Below, piece after piece: positions 13,401 to 25,400 of a stretch of DNA of 64,000 nt. The stretch lies in assembly GCA_002633005.1 (NCBI GenBank), contig NMRA01000024.1:769786-833785 (forward strand), given 5' to 3'. The stretch comes from Phoronis australis (lineage: Eukaryota; Animalia; Phoronida). Below the pieces are notes generated by a model. That model made no database searches. It had not been told where the DNA came from and saw only the letters and a program-made list of their open reading frames with translations. Both the position numbers and the translations under genes were made by a program. How positions within the stretch are numbered: position 1 is the stretch's first letter; the number at the start of each line of letters is the position of its first letter.

Positions 13401-16400
13401 ACTGTTAATGGCTGAGACAAGACTCTGCAAGATGACCTGTCACGGCATGTCATTTTATTTGGTAAGCTCGGTCTCGAGCAATTACGAACTGTCAATTATT
13501 TTGAAAACCAAAAATCATTTCTCTTGTGAGTACGGAACAAGTCGAGACCAATTTCAAATTTAGTTTCTTTGACGGAAACCGAGTTTATTGCTGTTTTAGA
13601 TTTGTGATTACATAAGTGAGTGATTTGAAAACACATCTGTCTGAGATGACGTGAATTTTTAAATTTTTTTACCTTCACAATAATGTGTGGCATGTAAGTT
13701 GCTAAATGTTTTTAAAAACAGAATTTGTTGTGACACATTTAGCTTGTGTCTAGTTTGTACTGTGACATGGTGCTGGGGAGTTTTATAGTACAGTACTATA
13801 GGACTAACTGTAGTTATTCCTCAGCAATATGATTCCACAAAGTATGTGTAAAGGGCAAAGGTCATCACGTTGTAGAGTTCATTTAACATTTTCATATCGT
13901 TATTTTACACATTACCTGTGTGTATGCTATTCAGTAATAAACCAGAAAAGTTAACCCAGGATTTGTGTCTGTTGTTACGTAGCATGTTGACAACATCCGA
14001 ATTTCGCTTGGAGGCTTGGTTCAGTATGAACCAACATTTGCAGTATGTGTGCGAGGTGTGAGTCTTTTCATTTAAAACGACTTGATGTTGATTCTTTCAG
14101 CAAAAGCAGATGAGAGCGAGTTTGAAGACAATACCATGAAAGTCCAAACGGTGCCAGTGCATAAAAGTAATTCTTGAGGATTTTATTCTGCCTGCAATAA
14201 GTGACTTGTACTGTACCATGTTCGGTCTTCATATCCATTACCATACAATGGCAATTCCTTCCAAAATTGAACGGCGTCCATTTATTTGCAGGCTATGTCT
14301 CAATTGCTGAAACGAATACTACAGTAGCATCATTTTAAAATCTATTGGTCTATATACACCAACTTCTGGCCTATTTAAACTGGCACGACATTTCAGTCAG
14401 TCATGTCTCCGGCCATCTTCAGTACGTGCCAAAATAATCAGACAAAATGATCTGCAATTCGCGTCATGATGGCTGAGTTCAAGTGGAACTTCCAATCATG
14501 ACGGCTGAGCTTAAGCGTAATGTGCTATCAGAGGAGCTAGACTGCCCACTTATGACAGCGAAACAGTATTTTGTCTGATTACTTTTAGCATGTAATGTAT
14601 CATGGCAAGAAATTGTTTATGGTTTGATAAGCTTGAAGACTATTTCTTGATTTAGTGGCAAGGGCAATATTTCTACATGTTTTTTAAAAGTTGAATAGTC
14701 GGATACCATTTTAAAAATGAATATAAAACACTTTGTATTCCAAAAAAATCTTAGACAAGAAGACCAACTTGGGTCTAACAATGCGAGTTAGTCTTTAAAA
14801 GCACAGAATATATTCACTCTACTTGTACATTGAACATTACAAGATTACATCTTACTTTGTCACGTGACTGTCCATTGATTCATGCACTCTACCTTACGCT
14901 ACTCGATAGGTGATGGTGATGACAAACATGAAGACATGGCGTACTTCTACGTGTGTACGGTAAGAGACTTCTCTGGCAGCCTTCTGATAGGTGGAATCTC
15001 ACTTACTGCAGACCATCGGGCTATCAACATTGTTGTGAATTCCTACAATTTCAGGCAACATTGGTCTGCATCTTTGATGATAGTTTTTGCATAGAACTAA
15101 AAAATGCTACTTTTATGCATAAAAGAAGAAATAAATTTCATCCGTTTGTCATATTGTATCCTAAATTGGGAGAGTCACTCATATTGACAAGGTGCCTGTA
15201 GGCATGTACCAAAAATTGAGTTGGCCGGTACCCATAGTTGAATCAACTCAGCAATGCAGGACACATAAAAAGTGCATGACCATGTCAGCATGAGCTTGAA
15301 CACGCTTCTTTTCTATGGAGACCCCACCACACTTGGTGGTCGCCCCACGTTTTGTGTTTGGGAGTCAGTTGACACATTTTAGCAAAAGAAAGCACATATT
15401 TGATAGATGTAACTCCTGATTGCCTCATTTTCAAAATAGCTGTGTCATTCTGTGCTAGTATGCTGATTTCTAAACACAAGAATTGAAAGAGACTGCAAGT
15501 GGGGAAGGTGGGTCCATGGGACTACATTTTTTGTAAGTGTTGGGCAAACGTGCTCTCACTAACGAGTCATGTGTCGTTCCAGTGGGCACTCAAAATGCAC
15601 TAGGTGGCATAAGTGCAGCTAGGGTCCTATCCATGGAAATGCCTGCATTCTGGTATTCATATAGAACTGTTAACACAGAGTGCTGATGAACTACTTTATG
15701 GTCTCAATACATTGACTTGTTAAGAAGAGCAATAGTTCTTCATTATCGCCACCTATTGAGTGTGGAGTTGCCCATTCTTTGTGTTTGAGCGCAACACAAG
15801 TCGGGTTTTGTCAAGGGGCCGTATGCCAACTTACAGGCAGGTGACTTTTAAGGACCCCCTAATCACTTGACGGATACATGATCGTGGATGTTTCATCTTT
15901 GTACCCTCACTTCACAAGACAGTCGTGGGTGTATTGAGCAATGGCATGGGAGACACTTTCCCTCCCAGATTTGGGTCACAAATGGTGAAGAGTTACGTAA
16001 GATAATAAATTAGTCTGACAAATTTACCATAGATATGCCATTACCCCTCAATCCGTAAAATTGAAATTGAAGTTAACGCATTGCTAGTCACCCTAATTTA
16101 TGATGTGCCTTGTAAATTACTTTGCCACGTGTTCGTTTTGCAGCCGCAGCAACTACAGGGAAAGCTGGACATTGGAAAAGCTGTTGACCTTGGCCTTCCA
16201 AGGTAAGGCCAGACCGTTAATTTTGATGACAAAAACAAACTTGAGTTTTGAGTATTTGTTCTCCTATTGAGTCAATTGTTGAATGTGTTGAATTTGTGCG
16301 TATCTTTCAAGTAGCTTTTTTCTTTCCAAGAGAAGAATTGATTTGCTTTGTTAAAATCTATTGGATTTTGTACACTATAATTAGTGTCAGACATAAGAGA

Positions 16401-19400
16401 TTGTATGTCGCATGATCTTGCAGGATTGTCATTCAAGGAAAACGGGCAAATCGCATGCTATTTATTATGGATTAGTTTTTGTGTTAGATGTGGTAAGGTG
16501 TTACAAATTGACAAGAATATTCAATATCAATGCCAAATACACACTTTAAGTGATGTCAAAATATTTTTATTTGTTGTGGCTTTTTGATGTTTTGCAATTC
16601 CTTGATTATGAGTCATTGTATTGTGTTTACTTTCTTGTACTTGACGTTATGATTGTTCTGTAAGTAACTTAAAAAAATCTGGTTGTGTGATCTCTTAAAG
16701 GGGGCCTGTTCTAGGAATGCTAAAGGATGGACTTGAAGTCACCTTGGATGACGGACGGGTGGTAGGTAGTTGGATTTTACAGTGGAGTCCTGCTTGATAT
16801 CATACCCTCAGTAATAGCAAGAAATTCCACTGAGGTGGTTTCGACTTGGCGGTGACCATAACCACTCTTATAAGCTAATTATACTAAGTGATGAGTCTCA
16901 GACTATGACAGGTAAACAGGCAACCACTGGTCTTTATCCCCTGTTCAGAAATCCTATAATACAAATGAAATTAAGATGAACTATGTTAGTTAACAGACAG
17001 AAAAGCATTTTAAGGTATCCATGGTAATAAGCAGGTGACAGTCACTTTTGTTGATTTTTTAATGACAATATCCGGAAATAGGACAATAAATCATTACATT
17101 ATGCGGGTTCTTTTACGTGGATTTAATGGAAAATGATTTGGTAACTGGGATATTTAGTTTTCCTGTACAATACGTGGGCTCCACTGTACTAGTCTATTAG
17201 CATGTACTATCCATTAAACCAGTTGAACACAAGTTACATTCCTGTGTTTGATAAATTTAAACTTTACAACACCCTGATAGGAAGCCCCAGGTGGTATATT
17301 GTGAAAACGTCACATTTGTACATTTCTGATACTTAAACAGTAAGCCTGGTCATACTTTCGGAAATGGGCACCCCATAAATGGAAAGTACACTGTAAATAG
17401 TTTGTGATGGGTGTTTACCTGGATCCAGAATACTTACAATAATAAGATGATGAAAATGGCATCTAAAACAACTAACCGGCCTGATGACTGACTGTAACCA
17501 TGAATAAAACCTTGATTTTGATTGACACTCGCTGACACTGTTTACTTTGGGAAACCCTGCAAACTCTGAGAAATTATAGTGTTGGCTCCAGAAGAAGACC
17601 CGTGAGTGTATGTGTGGGGAAGCCCGTTTGCGGAAGTTTCCAGTACTATCCCCATATCCCTAACAGTCAAGTTGGTGATCATTGGTTATCTTATCAAATT
17701 AGCTGGCACAGGCAGGGCCTTATTGCTGTGGTTAATCTCCTGGATTGACTTACACAGTGACCCAGTTTCAGGAAATGACCTGAGAATAGATTGCCTCAGA
17801 TTCTGTAATTCACTTTACCCAAGGGGTTACAAGGTTCTGTTTTGTATTTCAAAAATAGAGAAGATTTTGTGTTGTTGCACTGAATCGTGTCAGTGTTGAA
17901 TTTTTATGATTTTTTGTTGTTGCAGATTAAACCTGAACAAGTACTGAGTGATGTTGACCCCGTGAGGCCATTTGTAGGTGAGTGAGACATACCTGTTCTG
18001 CCCTCTTTGACTGGGAAAGTTCTAGGGCTCCAATACAGTTCAAATCCTAGATGAGAGAGGTGTATAGTCTCTGTTTCAGCTGCCTGTGCCCTGTTGAGCT
18101 CGCGTTATTTCTGTTGCTAAATTCCTGGGCATCTATTCAGAACATTGCTATTTTGGTCTTTGTTGTACCACAAAAGTATGACGGTGCATTTTTGGAAAAG
18201 GAGGGTGTATAAAGATGTAATGCATTATACAAAATGCTGTATCATGTTTTTTGTATTATCTGCAGGCTGATACATATGTTGAAGGCTAGCGTAAAGTGGT
18301 CTCGTATTTCGAAGTTAGTCTTGACTATTTTACTGACATGCCTGTGCAGAAAGATTAAGGATGAAGAGAATCAAACTTTACTCGAGGCTAAACTCAAAGA
18401 TTGACGAGTCACATGGCACAATTCAAGTTATCGTTTAAATTTCACAGGCTGTGACTCATTTTGGGTAATTTTCGAGCCGACTCTTAAGGATAAATTGGTG
18501 GTTTTGGGCCTAAGTCTTATTTGGTTTTGGTTGGGTGAAGGGCATTCTTACTTGCTGTTGACTAGCCGGATTCAATTGTTGTGACTTTCGTGTTGTTAAC
18601 ATTAAATTCTGCAGTGTTGGAGTGTCCTTCACATGACCACATACCCTCCTTGGTGACCAACGATGAACTACTCAGGTTTCAACGCAGCTCCAATCCTGCC
18701 CTTGACGTGATCGTTCATATGTCTCCTGATCACGTGATGTCCGATGACAGATACCAGCAGTGGATGAACGGGTAGGTGTGGCCACCAAAAGGGTGCGCTT
18801 CATTTGTTGGAGTGGTCGTAAAAAGGTGATGTGTCTAATTTGTGTTCTATATATATACATGGAATATGATACAATTTTTATTTTATTTGAATTCTGATTT
18901 TGTTTTTTGCTCATGTCAAGGTGTTTGTAGATGTGTTATGCAGAATTATTTACTTCACTCTTTCAGCATTTAACTCGGCTGATACTGAATTCTTTTTTCA
19001 ATATAGCATAATCGAAACTTGTTTTGGTGAAAACTAATTTCTTGCAATGCATTTTTCCCGTATAAGCTATCCTGGGTTAACCTGGTTTAGTGGGATAATT
19101 ACCTTATGCAAAATGCCTGCTCTCTGTAACAATATTAGTAAGTTACTTAAAACCCAGTTACTAGGAAAATTCCACATTTGTCCACCTTTTTAATACTCAA
19201 CATTGTCGTATTTACTGAATTTTCATTTTGTCATCCCACAGGTTTGGCTGCGAAACAAACCATCTCATTGTGAGCGAGTCCAACCGCTCTGTGTGCCATA
19301 AAGCCCCCTATAGGATACAGGCTAAACTAAACCAGCTTCACGACTCCATCTTTCCGCTGCTGCCCAATCAAATTGCTATGGTGAGTAAGCAGACGACTGA

Positions 19401-22400
19401 ATGTTGTTGAAATGATGGTGTGGTACAGTAGGTTTCCACTTAAAACACAAACTTCTGAATTACACCATTCACTGTATTAGAATTGGTTCCGTTTTGCATC
19501 TAAGTCGGCTTAAATGACTTTTGAGCTTGGGAACAACTGAGAGATTGTTGTTGATGAAGGCTAGATGCACTATCGTAATTTAATTCACTTGCCGTCACCG
19601 AACCCCAAAATCATTATAATGGCTGTAGTTGAATGGGAAATGTGATGCAGTGGCCAGACACTAGATGGGGTTACTAGGATTGGTACTTATGTGTCAGTGT
19701 TGGAATGAGAGATTCAGTTGTTGGTTTTTCATAGATCAAAGCGTATTGAAAATATAACAAAAAGTCCTCAAGTACGAAAAATTCCTCCTTTTCATCTGAA
19801 GTCAGTAGCAGTATAAATACTTGCAGAACTTTCAACACTACAGTGATTTGATCTTGATCCTGTGTCCTTCATTAGTATTTCGATTGTCCACTAGATGGCA
19901 CCTGCATCCCAGTGAACCCAGCCCAGCCTTCAGTTCTGTTTATGATGATCTTCCTTCTTAATTTATTCTTAGACAGATGAAACTTTCTACAGCTAATATA
20001 TTTTACTGTAATTTTACTATTGGTCACTGTGACTATGGGTAATAGACAAAAGCCATTCACGTTCATTCTTCAAGTTTCGCTCATTCATTGTCTCTGCATA
20101 TGAGATTTTCTTTTTTCAGGACAAATTGAATTGTCACGAGGACAGCAATACTTCAAACATTCTGCGAGCTCATGCTAGCATGAGGTACAGGATTCGTCCA
20201 AGAAAAAGTCCCGACTAGTGAGTACTTTTCCTTGCCGACTTAATTGCTAATGTCCATGTAGCATTTAAGACAAAGCTTACAAGAATATAAGTTTAGAGTG
20301 TCGAAAAATGCTTTGTGGCCTAGCTGGCCCTCGCTCAGTGACCATAGTGCACTACTGAAACTTTTAATACGCTAATGGTGCGAGGAGTATTCCAAAAATG
20401 GTCCCCAACATTTTTACATCGTGTGTTTGGCGTTATCTTGAATTTTTAGAATTAAAGAGTAATGTTTTGTGAATGTATTATAAAAAAGTGTCCTCATAGA
20501 AAGCAGTTTTCAGTACTAAAGTTGCTATCGATGTTAAAAATCAACAAACAGGTTTTTGTGTTTTTTTTGTAAATTTTCTATTTGAGCGTAAAAGGACATA
20601 ATCGTTTTTTAAGGCAGAAGTGACACCTTTTGGTATTACTGTTAGTCGGAACGAACATTGAAGTAAACGATAGGTGACGCTACACACTAAATTTTTTTTA
20701 ATGTGACAATTTGTGAACATTTACTAATGTGCTTATTGACATAAAACTTATTTTTACTTCAATTGGGAATTATTCAAGCAAAATATAACAATTGTTAGCA
20801 GCTACACTACCCTTTAATTGTTGACGATAACTGTGACACTTGGCGATAACTTTGATGGGACCAAAGTTGACTGTACATATTGCACTGCAGTGGCGACGCT
20901 CCTGTTTAGAGCGAAGTTAACAGGCACTGTTAACTTCGATCCAGGACTGAAGTTAATCGTTCATACTGACCTCAACTCCCCAAAACATCGACGCGTCGAC
21001 ATTAGTATGAAAAGCCCTTATGTGTTTGTTTCAGTTCTCAGTGTGTCGTGCTGGACAACGACAGTTTCGTTAATGAGTGTGCTGAAGTAGAAGGGTTCAC
21101 AGACTCTCTGCAACAGTTGAAGAACACATTGAAAACTGCTGACACAGGTGACGGTCATGATTACGGTAAATGTATTTTCAATTTTTGTGAAAAAATCGTA
21201 GCGCCATGTGTTTGTCTTGCACAAACAAAGTACATACTAAGGTATTTTCATGAAATTTGGTATATAGGCATCTAGTAGTGAAACGACGATATCCTCCCGT
21301 TTTCGGATGGATTCCATTTTTACTGTTTTCGAGTCTGTTTTTTGACGTCCACCCCTCTATCAACCAAACCGCCCTAAGCATGATTGTGAAAATTGGCATG
21401 TATGTTTTTACTATGAAGAGGACGGTTGACGATGATTTTCTGATGACTTCAACTGCTGTGGCGCCTCCTAGTGGAAGTTTTTTTTGCGCCTATGGGTTTA
21501 TCTCCTAAACTGCTTTGGAGCATCTTTACTAAATTTAATAAGTGCATTATTTTATATGATGTTGACAATGGACGACGATGACTTTCGGACAGATCTGACA
21601 ACTGGTTTGCCACCTAGTGGCAATTTTATTTTTTGTATGTTTTCCTCTGTATCTTCAAAGATCCTCAGCGTGTTTTCATAAAATTTGGCATACAGGCTTC
21701 TGTTGGTGAGGTGACGCTATCTTTCCATTTTCAGTTGGATTTGACCTAGTTTGCGCCACCTAGTGGCCATTTTTACTGTTTTTCGAGTCTGTTTTTTGGT
21801 GACCACCCCTCCGTCAACCAAACCGCTTTAAGGATAATTGTGAAAATTGGCATGTATGTTTTTTTCTATGAAGTGAACGGCTGACGATGATTTTTAGATG
21901 ACTTTGACTACTATGGCGCCTCCTTGTGGCATTTTCTTTTTTGCGCCCATAGCTGTATCTCCTAAACCGTTTGTAGGATCTTTACTAAATTTAAGAAGTG
22001 TGTTTATAATGATGTTAACAACGAACAACAATGATTTTGGGATGGATCTGACTACTGGTGTGCCCCCTGGTGGCAATTTTAGTTTTACGTTTATCTCAGT
22101 ATCTTCAAAGGTCCTCAACAGATTTTCGTAAAATTTCGAATACCAGCATGTATTGGTGAGATGACGTTATCCTCCCGTTTTTGGATGGAATCAAGGTACT
22201 TTGCGCCACCTAATGGCCATTTTTGCTGTTTTTGAGTCTGTTTTTGGCGTCTACCTCTCTATCAACCAAATCGTTCTAAGGATGGTTTTGAAAATTGCCG
22301 TATATGTTCTCAGTGTGAAGAGGACGGTTGATGATGACGACTTTGACTACTGTGGCGCCTCCTAGTGGTAGTTTTGATTTGTTTTGTTGTGCACCCATAG

Positions 22401-25400
22401 CTGTATCTCTACCCACTGGAAGATCTTTATTAAATTTAGTAAGTGTATTTATATGAAGCGAACAACAGACAATGACGACTTTCAGGCGGATCCCATGATC
22501 ACTGTGCCCCGTAGTGACTATTTCATTTTATTCTGTTTTCCTTTGTTTCTTTGAAGTTCCGTGACGTATTTCTATGAAATTTGGAGTATAGCTTTCTATT
22601 AAAGAAGCAATGAAATGTTCCTATTTTCGGATGGATTGTATGTTTTTGCGCCATCTAGTGCCCATTTTATGACACAAATAAGCAACCATAAAAGCACACC
22701 ATTTGTGATGCAGTTGTGGGCTCCGCGTTGCTCTTGTATGTATTTAGACCAGTAACCATGTTTTATAACTGTTTTGTTTCTGCGTCTTTTTGTAGAAATA
22801 CTTGAAGTTCTTGAAATCAGATTAGTTAACTCTTTTAGTTTTCCTCAATTATATAATGCCTGATATGTAGTTCATATGCGGTATTTTTGCATGGTGACTG
22901 TTTCAAACTCGTTTTATCTTAGCTTGACAGTTTACATTTTTGCAACTGAAAATACACCTGGTATGAATTGAAATTAATGTTCATATTGAGCACTCACTTT
23001 TACACGATGTCTTTGACTTGTCGCTCATTTTCCAGCTTGCGGAAGTGCTAAGCCAGAAGTTGTATTTCTTGGTACTGGCTCATCACAACCCAGTAAAGAA
23101 AGAAATGTTAGCAGTATAGTGTTGAATATCAGGTATTGCAATGTTGTCTTTACTCCATTTCATTTCTGTTAATGTCCTTTCATTTAATTTTTTTTCAATT
23201 TGAATTGTAGGATAAAAATAAAGTTTCCAAATATTTTACTTGAGAAGACATGATTTTGAATAGTTTGAACACCATCAGTTTGCATATCTTAAAGGGACAT
23301 TTAGTCAACCACACAAAAATTTTTGTCTTGCACACCAATGGGTGCATCAGCGCAGGTATCAAGAGGCGGTCTATTTTGGCAAACCCTTTCAAAATGAGGC
23401 TACTTCTTATTAATCACAAGTGACATCACAATAATTATTTTTGATCATAGAAACCACTTCCCATGACAATTTTGAAACCCAACTATTGAGTGATTTTCCT
23501 TTAAGGCTATGTGGCATCTTTGAAAAGTTTCCAAATTTAGCTAATTTCGGAACATCGTATCTCACAAGGAGCTGATTGGATTCATATGAAGCCTTCAGAT
23601 ACTATGCTTGTAACATTGTTCTCAAAAATGCTAGTAGGAATTGATTGAAATATGTTCCACTTTTGCATGAGGGGCTATCAAGAATAGAACTTTCGATAAT
23701 TTTCATAAAAAAAATTTACTGAAAAAACTCAAGTTACATGACCCAATTATTGGCAGATATTAAGTAAAAGTCAAAAATCAAACTCTAGAGGCTTAGTACT
23801 TTTATCGAGTTAAAATCTTAAGTTTTGCATGTATTTGGCTAAATACATGGCCAGGCTTGTCAGTAAGGTCCTTCATAACATTAATGACCATGTTATCTTA
23901 CTATGATCTTTACTTGTCCTTCATAACATTAATGACCATGTTATCTTAGTATGATCTTTACTGGTCCTTCATAACATTAATGACCATGTTATCTTACTAT
24001 GATCTTTGCTGGTCCTTCATAACATTAATGACCATGTTATCTTACTATGATCTTTACTGGTCCTTCATAACATTAATGACCATGTTATCTTACTATGATC
24101 TTTACTGGTCCTTCATAACATTAATGACCTTGTTATCTTACTATGATCTTTACTGGTCCTTCATAACATTAATGACCATGTTATCTTACTATGATCTTTA
24201 CTGGTCCTTCATAACATTAATGACCATGTTATCTTACTATGATCTTTACTGGTCCTTCATAACATTAATGACCATGTTATCTTACTATGATCTTTACTGG
24301 TCCTTCATAACATTAATGACCATGTTATTTTACTATGATCTTTACTGGTCCTTCATAACATTAATGACCATATTATCTTACTATGATCTTTACTGGTCCT
24401 TCATAACATTAATGACCATGTTATCTTACTATGGTCTTTACTGGTCCTTCATAACATTAATGACCATGTTATCTTACTATGATCTTTACTTCTCTTTCAT
24501 TTCTCATTTACAACAGTGACGACAGTACCCTGCTGTTAGACTGTGGTGAGGGTACGTGCGGGCAGTTGTATCGGTTTTACGGTAGCCAAAAGTTCGAGGA
24601 TGTTCTTCACCATCTTTCCGCCGTGTTTGTGTCACACATGCATGCTGATCATCACTTGGTGAGCGAAATGATTGAACAAAGAATGAGTTTTAAAGTCCTA
24701 CATGTAAACTGTTCTCTGTTTCTGCAAATCACGGAATGTAAACAGTAGAACTGATATTGATAAGTGAGATTTTGTTGTAGATATCCTTTAGAATAATCGT
24801 TTAGGTTTTTCCAAACTATTTACCTACATGACAAAGACGCTGAAAGTAAACAAGACTTATCTCCCCTGTATGGCCATGAGTAACTCGGTGTTAGATGTTT
24901 TCATGTCAAACGATTTGGACCAGGTGAATGAGAACTTTTCAGATGAATATGCTTGGTATGTGACTGAAATGACTTCATTATGGAGAAATTCCAACGTGGA
25001 TAAAAATGAAGAACCCAGACCCAATCGACCGCAGTCATTGAAACGTATTTTGACTAATCCGCTGCAGCCACTTACAGCTTTCTGTGATGTTGTAGAACAA
25101 TGCATGTCTTTCTAAAACCACTCTGAGATGGTGGTGTGTTATAACTATTATTAAAATCTCTTGGTCAATTTACACCCACCTCTTGTCTATTTACATTGTC
25201 ACGACGTTTTGGCGGTCTATTCTCCGGCCATCATCAGGTGTTCCTGCAGTCTTAGAAGAATGAGCACGGATATGTGATACACTCATCATGGTGTGATTTT
25301 TTTATGAGTGTACCACATATTCTTGCCCGTTCTTCTAAGAACGCAGGAACACCTGATGATGGCCAGAGAATAGATCAACCGAAACGTCGAGACCATGTAA

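Noticed and set aside
23867-24490. CRISPR-like regular array
   Set aside because: Head-to-tail repeats with no unique spacers, eukaryotic intron context and no cas genes.
23980-24519. 179-aa ORF of repeated [16 protein letters not shown]
   Set aside because: By-product of the 48-bp (multiple of 3) intronic minisatellite; no coding evidence.
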